A DNA stretch of 64,000 bases from Podarcis bocagei. Lineage: Eukaryota. Shown piece by piece: positions 36,517-49,447 of this stretch (within the stretch, counting starts at the first letter, position 1; every line of letters begins with the position of its first letter). The position numbers and the translations under genes are program-made. The notes below the pieces were generated by a model. The model had not been told where the DNA came from. It ran no database searches and was given only the letters and a program-made list of their open reading frames with translations. The stretch lies in assembly GCA_964188305.1 (NCBI GenBank), contig OZ076896.1; one strand, written 5' to 3'.

Positions 36517-39500
36517 TTTATGAGGCCATTTTATCAGGAGAGTCGGCTTGGTTTCAGTTTCATGATAAAAATGAAACAACTTAAAATTCAAGTCTACCAA
36601 AAAAGTCAAAACCAAGTGAAACTTTAAAAAAAATTATTTAACATTTGAAATTGTATTTTTAAAAAACATTAATTTATTACTACAGTATTATTGCTACTGC
36701 TGTTAAAACATACATAGCTACTCATCAATAAATATTCATGGTGAGACTACCTTTTTCATTTTCAATGTAAAACTCAAGTCTTGAGTTCAACTGCACAATG
36801 CCAATTTCATTTTTGCAGTACAGAACTGAAAAAAGGAAGAAATTTTCATTAAGTACAACACAAAAACTGTGCAAATTTATAGAAAGTGAATCTAATAAGA
36901 AATGTTGGCATTCAGAAAGAAATCTAAGAAATTAAAATCATATGTTAAGTTTAAAGAACTAATGATTTTGGAAAACATGTCCATTAAAAATGCCCTTCCT
37001 GTTCAAAACTTTAACTAAAATAAAGATAAGATTTGTACAACATTAAATAATGCCTTGTACAAGAGATAACTTTGTAACATTTGTCAAGCCACAGGGGGAA
37101 ACTGAATGGCTAACTTTTGCCTCACACATAGATACAAACTGTTCACCTGGAAAAGGAGTGTTTCCTATAGACCAAACTCTTTATTGGACTGTCATTGCGA
37201 ATGTTTGAACAGCAGCACAAAAGTAAGGACAATGCTAAATCCGGTAGAAAGGAAATGGTCTGTTATCAGAGAACTATTGATTGCTTCCATGTCATGATCT
37301 TCTTTTATTCAGTTGTCCAAACAACAATGCCTTGGCTGTACAAAAAAAGAAATAAAGCCCATTCTTTGTTTCATTTATTGCCTGGCTTTCACTTTGCTGA
37401 TTTTATAGGTCATTGCAGCACTTGGGAGAATCTTATCAAAGCCACATTCCTAGGTGGGTCAGCAACACAGAAAAAATTTCCAAGCCCACTGAGGATAAAA
37501 ACAGTTTATTGAAAAGCCCAAGAAAAACCCCAAGAAAATAAAGCCTGAAGTATCCACCTAGTGCAGTAAAGTCAGAGTAGGATCTTCCAAAGCCCTTGCA
37601 AGTGAAAAGGCCTTCTGCCCTCAACCTCAGAGAATGAGATATAAGAGATGCTGAGAAAACAGGCTCTGAAGTTAATCTTAGTGTATGGAAACATTTTAGA
37701 CCTATGTATCAAATGGCTGTGCTTTGCTACAAGAGCATCATCATTCCAGAAGTATCCCTATACCACAGAAATTTTGATCTGGCAACTTCTAGCGAGAACC
37801 AATCTTTTCACAACAAAAATTATTATTTTTGAAAAAAACAAGCACACCTAAGACACTCAGCTAAGACAATATCCTTTTAAAATGGGACATACATACCCCA
37901 GATGTTGGGCAACAGCTCTCATTGTTCCTGACTTCTGGCTGGGGCTGGAGTTCAACAACATCTGGGGGGCTCTAGGTTCCTCACCCCATGTTTTAAAAGA
38001 CTAGACAATAAGAATAATTTGTATGCTTCAGTCTTTTCACTGTGAGTCTTTGAGATTAATTTCTGCAAAATTTAAACCCTAGTACTTTATTCAAAGCAGT
38101 GAAACAGGTACTTGAGGCACTGTGAAAGGTTTCCTAAGATTAAACATGCCTAAATGTTTTTGCTGAAGTAGTAGAAAGAAAACTGCTGTTTGGGAAAGAA
38201 CAAAACATTGCTTGTTTAAATGGCACAGTGTCACCTGTTTTTAAAACTTCTTTTTGTTAGCTGGAGTTCCATTTCAAATATTGGTGACTTTTGCTACCCT
38301 GCTTAGGTTCCATGCTTATTCATAAAAGGGTAGCCTACAGTTATAGCCTGAAAGGTATAGGGCCACTTCTTAGTTTGTTATGTTTCATGTGACTATAGTT
38401 TCAGATGCTTTCCATAAAAACACATGTAGCCAGAGAAGAGTTAACCCAGCTTTCTGCATAAGTAACAATACAGACCTTATCCTCCCATTTTAATTCATTC
38501 ACTCAAGTTGGAAGCAGAAAACATGAGGCAATGGAAGTATTCAATAATACAGGTCATCTGCTTAGCAGAATGCCAAATTCAGCAGCAACTAGAAAAAATG
38601 CAGTGTCATAACAGCTTGCCAAAAATTAAATGTGGACACTCCTGTGACATTTTTGTCTGGTTTTGTGCTTAGACGTTCTGGAAACCTTGCTACATTTAGA
38701 TACCAGGGATCTCTAAATTCTCACATCTATAACTTGACATGGTTTGCAGCCATGGCAGAACCCACACCTACCCACTTTCTTGATTTGCCAAGGGACATTT
38801 AACAAAAAAAGAAAGGGAGATTAGCATCACAGATGGATTAATAGAAGAAATAAGAGTATTTACTGTGAACTGCCTTCACTAACTGACTGAGACAGATTCA
38901 AAATATTGATAACACAGGTATTTTAATAACATGATTTGATGTTGCATTATTTTTTTGCCAATACTGCAGCAGAAAGATTCAAGTGCTTTAGAAGCCACCT
39001 GAGTCATACAGCTGATATTTCAACGTCTCCTATGTATTTCATTGTTTGATTGGCATAAATTGCAATTGTAATGAATAAACATTTTTCTTTCTTTCAATTA
39101 GAAATTGCACTAGCTGATCAAGGGGATTGCCATAGGTTTCCTCTCTCTCCAGACCTTGCCAAATTGTATTTGGGACAATCTGATGATCACTGTAAGTGCA
39201 ACTCTACTTATACGGTGATATATCTCCACCTTTCATTTAGTAAAACAGTTAAAGAGGCAGATCTAAATATGATTGAGAACTACATCAGTAATGCAATTGC
39301 CTCATTTACCCTGTGAAATGTAGTCTAACACCCATACCCAGCATAGAAAGCATAAGAAAAATGGGGAAAGGGGTTTCCAAAATTTAAAACAGTAAGTTTT
39401 TTTCTTTTTTAAAATTACCTGGGTTAAATTAAAATTTGAATTTCTTAAAACATGGTGAATCCTAGCCTCTTAAAATTGAATTATATCTATCTAAAGGTGC

Positions 39501-40755
39501 CTTCCCACTTGTGGAAAGCTCCTTTGCTCATGGAAAGGCTGGTTCCAACCTAGCAGACTGTATTGCTTCATTCAGTGAAGTGTGAATTTTGGATGGCTGT
39601 GTTTTGGCTTGCATTTTATTTCAGAAAGTGCAAATTAGGTAACTTCACCTTTAATGTGAGATTAATTATTTTCCCCCAAATTCCCTAAGTGAGTGACTAG
39701 CTAATGGGTATATAATTTATTACCACCACCGCCACAAATTATTATACAGGTTTCTACGTGAATCAAATATTTTATTTCCAGGCCTTTTTGCTTAACAGCT
39801 TGCAAACAAAAAATGATGGGTTCTACTCTTCAAGAAGGGTGACACTCCTTCAAAAGGAATACATTTCCACTGGGGTGGCAAATATTTCACAGCTAACACA
39901 GCATTCATTTTGGACCTCTGGAACTGGCTCAGATGTTGTAGCTCCGTTTCTTTCATGTTAACTCATTCACAGCTCTGTAATTTCACAGCACATTACCTCT
40001 AGTCAATTAAGCAGGTGAACAGCCTTATTGTAACCCTTGTGAGCCTACCCGTGTGAGGAGCAATAACAATGACAGACTTTCTCCAGAGAGAAATCTACTC
40101 AAATTCATATGGGCCTGACCTGTTTGCCAGAGAATAAAACACATGGGCCTGAAGGAAGCTTTCTTTTTTTTCATGATAGGATCCAAATTCAGTATTTCAG
40201 AGAACTCTAGTCTGAATATTTCTGCACCATTCAGTCTCTCTTACTGTATATTGTTTTATGGCCCTAATGTTTTACATTAAAGAACCATGAGATACTTACG
40301 CCTGTGAGATTACTTTATATACATTAGATTGACAGAATCATTTACTTATGAATAGCTTAGCAGCCTTTTAATACATTTTGAAATTAGAAACTGTGCCAGT
40401 TTATACAAACAGAAGCTCTGAACTATATTTTTAAACATATGCACAGAATATCTCTGTTACACTCAAGTGGCTTTCTAATAATGTATGGCCAATGTGTTAC
40501 ATGTGCCTTGCTGAATGGTATCCATGACTTAGAAAACTGTGAGCAACCAAAATGGCCACACTGATGTGTGTTATAGTCCCAAACATGTTTGTCAGAGAAT
40601 ACAACACAGAGGTTGAAGAAGTTTAACCTACACTCCTCCCGGATGAGGAAAAGTACATTTGTTTTATTGTATTTTTAATGTTTTGTTGGAAGCTGCCTGG
40701 AGTGGCTGGGGAAACCCAGCCAGATAGGTGGGATATAAAAAAAAGTAAATTATAT

Positions 40756-40790
<35 letters not shown>
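40756..40790. repeat. (TAC)n microsatellite at the tail of a short L2-like end (about 40660-40755)
   Basis: Repeat directly visible, preceded by ggctggggaaacccagcc hairpin. Confidence 0.85.
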
Positions 40791-42513
40791 AAGATCTACT
40801 TTTTTCATTTTCCTTGCTTTAATGAATTGCACTAAAGAGATCAGTTTGCTTGATGTTCTTTGGGTGTTCTGGCAATCAACAGATTTTTTTCCTTACTACA
40901 TTAGGCTCCTTAACCAGGCGCTGGTACAGAAACTACCTTGGCCACCCTTTGTTGTGAAAGAGATGGGGAAGTGTGACACTGGTTCTTGATCTTTCAGTCA
41001 CTTGATATCAAGGAGCATAGTTTTCTCCTGGAGCGGCTGTCTGAACTGGGACTGGGATTCCACCTGGCCATCCACTCTCTGCTATGCAAATTCCCCTGAG
41101 AGGCTGTTCACAAGATATGGATGCGGTGGGGGGTGGGGCACGGCCATGGTCACTTGGGATGGGGGAGAAGAAGACAACGATGCTGTCGATCTCTTTGTGT
41201 TTAGTTCTGGCATATTTTAACACCTCTGCCAAAAAAAAATTGAATTTGCGGCTTTGTTGAGTATCAAACTAATTTATTATTTTTCTTTCTACTAGTTTCT
41301 CAATAGAACCTTTACAATAAATCATTTTCTAAATCAGAGTTCCATTTTACATAATTGAAAATAGTTAGCTGCTGTATTGCTGGTGGCAATGCAATTTACC
41401 AGAAAAATAAATTCTGTCCGATGCATTTAGTACTTCCACAGTGTGATCAAAGGTTTGCGGTATGAAAATTATCTGATGCTATTGACGTGAAACATAATGA
41501 GTATCCGAGAGCCATCACATCATATTTAATAAAAACGACATGAAAGGTTTACCCAAAACTCAAGTCCTCTAGCTGGTTTCTATAATTGAAAGCATGCTAT
41601 GCTGCACATTAAACAGAAAAACCCAAATTACACGGTGACAAGAGAACACTCACGAGTTAGGTGCAGCCAGAGAGAGAGAAACGACAGTACAGGTCTAGCT
41701 CTGTGGCCTCACACTATAGGGAGGAATTAAAACCATGAATGGAAGATCACCCCGTCCCCATTTACAATACGTTACTACTATATGAAAGCTTTACAGTGCA
41801 ATTCTTCATGTATATTTCTTTGTATGTTTGTGGTGGCTGGTTCCCCTTGGGACTGGTAGGGCAGAGGTCAGGGAAGCCAACCATAAATGGGAGTCAGAGC
41901 CAAAGACAGGCAGAGCCAACTAATTCCACTTTTGTCTCTGCTGAGCTTCACAAGTGTCCAACACCAAGAATCAGGAGGAGGAAGTACCACCCCCTAGACT
42001 GGCTCTAAATAAGCAGGCAGGCAGGTGGGGCTGGCTAGAGGCAGAAGAAGACAGGTGGGGCAGTACCGCATTTGCCATAATGGACCAATCTCCACTGCTG
42101 TACATCTATTTAATTTTGAAGTTAGTTCCAATGCGTTCAGTGAGACATACCCCTACATAAGTGCACACAGGACTGCAGATATCAATGCTACACATGTTTA
42201 CTCAGAAGTAAGACCCACCATGCTCAGTGGAACTTACTCCCTAGGAAGCTTACGTAAGACTGCAGCCTTAGTCTGATATTTTCCCATGATGTCTATCTTC
42301 ATCACGAGGGCTGAACAGAGGAACATGGCAATGTAGGCTCTTGGTCAACCTGCCTCTGAAGCATTAACCTACCAAAGTATATAATGAAAAGCACCAACAG
42401 TGCCTTGCGTTATCCTGCTAGGACTGTTGTAAGCCAGAAAATAGCCTATCTCCTGAGTTTACGCTAATAAAACTCAGAAACACGAGGAGTTAGGATTCCA
42501 ACGTTATTTATGA

Positions 42514-44157
42514 TTCACGAAATTAAAAGACGCCTGCTTCTTGGGAGAAGAGCAATGACAAACCCAGACAGCATCTTAAAAAGCAGAGACATCACCTTGC
42601 CGACAAAGGTCCGTATAGTCAAAGCTATGGTTTTCCCAGTAGTGATGTATGGAAGCTGGACCATGAAGAAGGCTGATCGCCGAAGAATTGATGCTTTTGA
42701 ATTATGGTGCTGGAGGAGACTCTTGAGAGTTCCATGGACTACAAGAAGATCAAACCTATCCATTCTGATACGGAGGAGGAAAGGGGGGGGGCATACTATC
42801 CTCAACTGCCACTGGGTCCGAGGCGATGACCTCGATAGAGCCCATCCCACAATGTCTCACAAGCACCACACTTTCCCCAGACCTCCATGAAACGCTCCTT
42901 TCCCGTCCCTTCCACGAGCGAGATAAGCTCCGATATATTCCCGTATTTCTTTAGCTATGCCTATTCGCACTCTATGCTTATAACGAGTAGACCGTGTGTT
43001 GCTGTATCCCCGCTTATTCCTATGGCCGCGCTTTAGCCAATCAGGACAATGCATTCCCTTTGCAGAACTAGCTCAGCTAGCTCTTGCACGCCTCATTTAA
43101 CCCCCTGACAAGCCGAGGATGGCCCCCCACGGAGAGAACAATAGAACTGAAACCAGCGACCTCGTAAAACTGTCAAAATCCTGCTACAATGTATCCATTC
43201 TTGCTACAATGTATCCATTGATACACATTTGGCTAGCAAAGGGCTGAAACCTTCGGAAATTAATATAAAATCAACCGTAACTCCGATTTCCCTCATCCTG
43301 GCATCGTTCGATTCAGCTTTCCCCGGACTCCATGATGCTACCCCCGACTCCATAATCCCCGAAATGACAGGTCACGTACTCAGGAAGACCCAAATCCTGT
43401 CAGATCGTTCTGTTAAGCTCTTCCCCCCGGGCAATGCCAGGTGACAGACGATGCATATCTGGACTATTGTTTCATCATCACTGGTACTTAGAAAGTGTTT
43501 ACCTTTGCATATCCCTCACTCTGCATACTCCCCCTCCCTTCTCTAAAATGCTAATCCACGAAGTCCTACCTTCCTGTAACATATTCATGATGTAATCCAA
43601 CGAAACCCAACCCTTCCATAATGTATTCATGACGTTTCTTGCAATGTATCATGGGGCATGGAGGGAACTTTTAAAAGTCTATGTCACCCCATTCTTGGGG
43701 TTCAATCCCATTTTGAACCTGTTGCGCAATAAACTTTGGATCTCCGCATCTTGCTCCTGTGTCCGGCTGAGCTTATTTTCCGCTAGGACCCGCGGACTTA
43801 GTCCGACGAGCCGGGTGGCAGGGCAACTCCGCACCCGGGATTTTTCTGTGACAATTCTGAAGGAAATCAGCCCTGAGTGCTCACTGGAAGGACAGATCGT
43901 GGAGCTGAGGCTCCAATACTTTGGCCACCTCATGATAAGAGTAGAATCCCTGGAAAAGACCCTGGTGCTGGGAAAGATGGAGGGCACAAGGAGAAGGGGA
44001 CGACAGAGGATGAGGTGGTTGGACAGTGTTCTCAAAGCTACCAGCATGAGTTTGACTAAACTGTGGGAGGCAGTGGAAGACAGGAGTGCCTGGCATGCTC
44101 TGGTCCATGGGGTCAGGAAGAGTCGGACACGACTAAATGACTAAACAACAACAACAA
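42514..44157 (+). mobile_element. 5'-truncated Bov-B (RTE) LINE interrupted by a solo LTR
   Basis: HEIKRRLLLGRRAM...KSRDITLPTKVRIVKAMVFPVVMYG...IDAFELWCWRRLLRVPWT.RRSNLSIL (to 42765) resumes as ILKEISPECSLEGQ...GRQRMRWLDSV...KSRTRLND* (from 43854), ending in a (CAA)n tail. Confidence 0.96.
42766..43853 (+). mobile_element. Solo LTR of an ERV or LTR retrotransposon (1088 bp)
   Basis: TG...CA termini and 4-bp TSD ATTC (42762-42765, 43854-43857). TATA-like ttttaaaa at 43669-43676, AATAAA at 43728-43733, CpG-rich, no coding domain. Confidence 0.88.
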
Positions 44158-44599
44158 ATATTAGCTGTATTTCTGCCCCAATTGGAGGGTTAGGATGGCA
44201 GCTTGCAAAATCATCAGTTTCATGAAGTAACAGGCCACCATAACTTCTCTATTAGAAGCATACTCAAGGATTTAAAGAGGTACGCATTATCACATTTACT
44301 GTGGCCCTATCACAATTTCAAAATGTCTGATAGCCAAGTTCCACTACTTTTCACAGGCTGGGAGTATGCATTGTGACAGTCTGTAGCAGTTGCAGCTGTG
44401 AAATATGCTAGGGGCAAGCATGTTTGTTGTTGTGAATTCTATTGCTGTTAACAATGTTATCTGACCAATAGTACGCAAAATCTCTTAACTGGTATTTGAA
44501 GCCTACAGTATGTGTTAACGAGATGAAAGCAAACTAACCGTGGCTCCAGTTGAGAAAATGTTTGATATAAATTGACTTTTAGTGACTTTTTTGTGGGTT

Positions 44600-44771
44600 G
44601 ATTCATTTTCCACATTGATCAAAAGGTCGACAACTCTGAGGAACCTTTCCTAAAAAAGGGCAACAACTTTGGGGTTCCATCCCCCCAAAAAGGTCAACAA
44701 CTCTGGAAAAGGGGGGGGGGCGCCGGAGGGATCTTTGCACCACAGCACTGGATATGCTTAAGACGGCCCTG
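44600..44771 (-). mobile_element. Terminal fragment of a non-autonomous DNA transposon with internal ~33-bp repeats
   Basis: Ends in ttaagacggccctg (TIR-like cagggccgtcttaa); aaaaggtc(g/a)acaactctg-like unit occurs three times. Confidence 0.55.
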
Positions 44772-46850
44772 TGGATTACACAATCTTCCTTGGGTGTCAT
44801 CAGTATGCTTTAGGGACTTGTACCTTATGCTTTATTCTTACCTCCACCTTCGGCCTCGAAAGTCTTTCCCACACTGAGGGGTCCACTTTTCTCTCCTCCT
44901 TTGGCAGAGGGAATATCCAGCAGGCAGGGGAACCTGGAATTGGATATCTGCCGCCTTGCTTCTTCCTTCTCCTTTTTAATCAGAAAGGGCTTGGATCCAT
45001 GCAATCCAGCTGCAAAGTGGGGACCCGACACCTGCACGATTTCCATTGCACAATCTCCCCTGAAGCCCCCCTCCCCAACACATAAAAGTTGTGCATTCCC
45101 AGTGATGGCAAACAAATGTGACCTGCAGAGCTGACTACAAAGACCATTTGCATCCCTGGGTGAAGATAAAGCACACCTGTGGGGATAATACAACACATGG
45201 GCTACCATAACTTCTCTATTAGAAGCACACTCAAGGATTTACAGGGGTACACATTATCACATTTACTGTGGCCCTTTGGGCCGCTGCCACACAAGGGTAC
45301 AACCTTTTCAAATATTCAGCATTTAGAATATGCGGGTACAGAAGTGTCTCCAAAATAGAAGACAAATCTTTGACACACAGGCATTCATTAAGGTCATTAT
45401 CTACAAAATTGGGCAGATGTCATCAGTCGGGAATGCCATTCCTCCTTTCAGTATCAGGAAGAAAAACCAGTGGGATGTTCTTCTACGCTGTCATGTTGGC
45501 ACTGAACTTTCATTTCCCCCTATACTTGAGTACTCTCCCTGCTCCAGCCAGTTTCTTGCCCAGCGTTGACTAGACCTAATTCTGTGAAGAATATATACTG
45601 AAGCAGCTCCTGTGCATCCTTCAGTGTGCTGTGCCTGGTAGCTCTGTCTGTGACCCCATGACCAATGCATCATTAGAAAATGAGTGCTTTGGTTTGCTAG
45701 GCAGAAATGCCCCTGCAGGGATGAACTAATGTGCTATGATGTACACCAGAGGAATTCACCATAATGAAAACAGTTACTGCAATACTTACATTCTACTTGT
45801 AAGGACAAAGGAAGCAAGCCAGACCCACCAAAACATAGACTCAGAAATACAATAAAGCACATATTTTCCTCATATAAATTAGAACTGATTTAGAGAGGCA
45901 GTCAGCTGAGAAAAATGTATTCAATTTCCCCCACATTTCATCATTCTTATTCATGTAAGCATTCCATTAAAAAAGGAGCCCTGAATGCTTCAGAAGCAAA
46001 AAAATGGGTATATACTGAATGCAATTGTGCTAGGGGGCTTTACATAGGATTACTTGTGTCATGGGATCAAGGAGAACAATGCATATTCTTCCTTGTTCCA
46101 TCTGTTACTTCCTTCCATTATTACAGGCTGCAGAAATGGATAATGGTAGGGTAGAGATAGCCAATGTTTGCAGGACAAACGGACAGGTCTGCCTACACAC
46201 AAACAGCAGCAACTTTTGTCTCTGTAATTGTACATCTACCTGTAATTGTACATCAGAAGGTTAGTGTGAAATGGGCTGTATGTAGATTTCTGTGAACTAC
46301 TTTGCCTATATCCAGATACCAAATAGATTGTCCCTAACATTTCACTCTTGTAATTGTAAACAAATGACCAAAGAGAGATTATGTCTATTCCCTGTAAGAA
46401 ACTGCATTTGTGAACTGATCCTTTCACTGTCCATGGTAGTCATCATTCAAGACTTCTTTTACAAAATAAATGGGTACTATATTGTGTGTCAAGGATCAGG
46501 TTAGCTGCGCTTTGGACTAGGAAACTGCTGAAAAGAAACTGAAAAACTTCCCTTCTTCCATATTTTATGGTGGAATCTTTACAGTGCAAATTTGGGAACA
46601 AAAGAGTGAAAATCAGTCCTCTTGAAACTGGATAATTTTGCAGTGCAAATGCTTGCAAATTCAAAGCTGTATTTTCCAATCAATAGCACCATGCATAAAT
46701 CAGGGAAATGTCTATAATGTACAAATTACCACCCCAGATGTAACATTTACTGGCTTAGCTTACATTTTTTCATTTTGTGGGACTGAGTTTTACCCAGTTA
46801 CAATGCATGACACAGGTGTGGCTGGATAAATATTTGAGTTGATTTCAGTA

Positions 46851-47185
46851 CAGTGGTGCCCCGCAAGACGAATGCCTCGCAAGACGGAAAACTCGCTAGA
46901 AGAAAGAGTTTTCCGTTTTGGAGGTGCTTTGCAAAACGAATCTCCTATGGGCTTGCTTCGCAAGACGACAATGTCTTGCGAGTTCCTGCTGGTTTTTTTT
47001 CCTCCCCCCCCTTTTTCTAAGCCGCTAAGCTGCTTATCAGCTGATCCGATCAGCAGATAAGCCGCTAAAAGCCACTAATAGCACTAATCCACTAATCCTT
47101 CAATGGGCTTGCTTCGCAAGACGAAAAAACCACTAGACGAAGAGAATCACAGAACGGATTATTTTCGTCTTGCGAGGCACCACTG
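46851..47185. mobile_element. Tc1/mariner-pogo MITE, family A (longer copy)
   Basis: Same TIRs as 11309-11558 with TA TSD; extra internal gcc(g/a)ctaa repeats. Confidence 0.9.
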
Positions 47186-48394
47186 TAAACCTATTTCATT
47201 CCCCTGCAAGAAATTTGTACGACACTTGAGGCCTAAAGCAGAATGACGTCCCCACTGAAGTGTGCCTCACCCAAAACTTATATTTCTTTAGATGCCTAGT
47301 AAAAACCCAACTCTACCCACTGCTACCAGGTTTTTAGAAGCTGATGGGTTATTATTTGCCAGTTGCATTATTTATGAATATGGTGTTTTGCTTTATTTGG
47401 TAAAACTCCTTGTGACCTTTCTTTGGTGAAGGGCAGCATAAAATCTCTTAATAAAGTAAATAAATAAATAAATACAACAAACCCTTGTTTGCACTACTGT
47501 TTTAGGCATTTAGGCAAAGGTTTCCTCCAACAATGGTTACCTGTGTTAAGTTGCGACAGAAGCACACTATGCAGGTTCTGAAATACTCTTTAAATTACAA
47601 TAACTAAATCTTTCTAAAGTGCAATGACATGCTAACATACAGGTTTGAAAGAAAATAGGGGTTTTTTTAAAGGGGGGGAAAGAGTGACGGTAGTGTAAAC
47701 TTCATACCCTCGCTGGGCCACGAAAAAGGTTGATGCCTTTTTAAGTGGCATCCAGTTTCACAGAGTTAAACCTTTCCAGTAAAACATTGCTTCATGTGAG
47801 ACAGTAATACCAACATCTGCATGGCCCTCTGAGAAAGCTGAAATTCAAGATAAGCCCAAGCTGCTGCTACTTGAATCATTGATGGTAGCAAACCACATTT
47901 TAAACAAAGGTTGAATTCAGTGTTTAAAAATGTGAGCCACAGGCAATAAATTAGGCAAAAGAAGAGAAAGAATCCCAAGGGAATTCATGATGTACTGCAG
48001 ACTTGCCATGCTTTTAAGGAGGCAGGGGGTTATCAAAAGAAAAGCTGTTTACATCCACACAAGGTTTTGAAGAAAATCCTAGGCAACTTTAGTGAGACAT
48101 TTCCCAAGGAGATAATATAGACTGCTGAAAGGAGGAGGTACACACAGCACTGCACTTAAATTTCCCTCGAGAACTTCTTGGTAGAGAAGGTCAATGTCAC
48201 ATCCACAAGGAGGGAAAACCCTAATTTTTATCCATCAGGTTTTCTCTAACCACGGAGAGTTTCTGAATCAGCTCCTTCCGTTCCAAGCGTAATTAGGAGA
48301 AGGTGATGTGATGGGGGTGAGAGAGAAAGAAGGTTCTTGATACCATCTAGCTGAGTATTGTAAAGACTTACTGGCAGTGACTCCCAAGGTTTCA

Positions 48395-48519
48395 TTAGAG
48401 CTGGAAGGGGCCATGAGGGTCATCTAGTTCAACCCCTGGCAATGAAGGAATCTTTTGCTCCACATTGGGCTTGAACCCATGATCCAAAATTAAGAGTCTC
48501 ATGCTCTACCATCTGAGCT
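48395..48519 (-). mobile_element. tRNA-Lys(CTT)-derived SINE with CR1-like tail
   Basis: Minus strand agctcagatggtagagcatgagactcttaa...gggttcaagccc, then ggggttgaactagatgaccctcatggccccttccagctcta (CR1 3' end). Confidence 0.8.
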
Positions 48520-48642
48520 CAGACAGGGATCTCTCCTGGCCCTACTTGATGCTGGGGACTGAAACTGGGATCTTCCACATGCAAAGCAGATACTGTGCTG
48601 TTTGCATCTCACTAAATATAACACTCACTAGGTGAGACCAAA

Positions 48643-49000
48643 GGGACGCGGGTGGCGCTGTGGGTTAAACCACAGAGCCTAGGACTTGCCAATCAGAAGG
48701 TCGTCAGTTCGAATCCCTGCAACAGGGTGAGCTCCCATTGCTCGGTCCCTGCTCCTGCCAACCTAGCAGTTCGAAAGCACGTCAAAGTGCAAGTAGATAA
48801 ATAGGTACCGCTCTGGCGGGAAGGTAAACGGTGTTTCCGTGCGCTGCTCTGGTTCGCCAGAAGCAGCTTAGTCATGCTGGCCACATGACCCGGAAGCTGT
48901 ACGCCGGCTCCCTCGGCCAATAAAGCGAGATGAGCACCGCAACCCCAGAGTCGGCCACGACTGGACCTAATGGTCAGGGGTCCCTTTACCTTTACCTTTT
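48643..49000 (+). mobile_element. Sauria SINE (Squam1), full length
   Basis: Head gggacgcgggtggcgctgtggg...gttcgaatccc and (accttt)n tail. 12-bp TSD taggtgagacca / taggtgagtcca at 48629-48640 and 49001-49012. Confidence 0.95.
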
Positions 49001-49447
49001 TAGGTGAGTCCACCACATTGGCTGTGCCTGCTGAGAATTCTATAGGCTCCCCTTGACACAAGCAAAGAAGACTGGTCAAATAGGCAAGAAAGGGAAAGAA
49101 GACCTGCTAGCTGATTCTCTCCTCTGCCCCTATTTATTTTCACTTCTTAGAGGCCAGTTTCCCCTAAAAATCAAGGGGAAATGGTAAGGGCAAAAAGACA
49201 AGAACATAAAGAATGGATCAGTCAGCAGTTACTTCTTCACTGCATATTTGATTGAGCTTTCTTTCCCTGTTGGTGGGGGAATCTTCCAAATTCACACATG
49301 CAGAGTTAGGTTGCTTTCATGTGATAAGATTAATGCCTACTTGGGCATTATTCTTGTATAATATTCTAAAACAGTTTTCATTTTAAGACTTCTTTAACCA
49401 ATTTATTCATCCTCCCAACTATGGAGCAATGTCAACCTTTAATGTTC

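Noticed and set aside
43629-44144. 171-aa ORF (longest in the window) fusing LTR sequence to the Bov-B C-terminus
   Set aside because: Its ATG lies upstream of the LTR TATA-like box, so LTR-initiated RNA would not include it; it is most likely a chance in-frame junction.
44620-44706. CRISPR-like repeat-spacer pattern
   Set aside because: Only three degenerate ~33-bp-period units inside a DNA transposon fragment of a vertebrate genome, with no cas genes.
48455-48519. tRNA-Lys(CTT) gene
   Set aside because: Acceptor stem missing, arms mutated and fused to a CR1-like tail; it is a SINE head.
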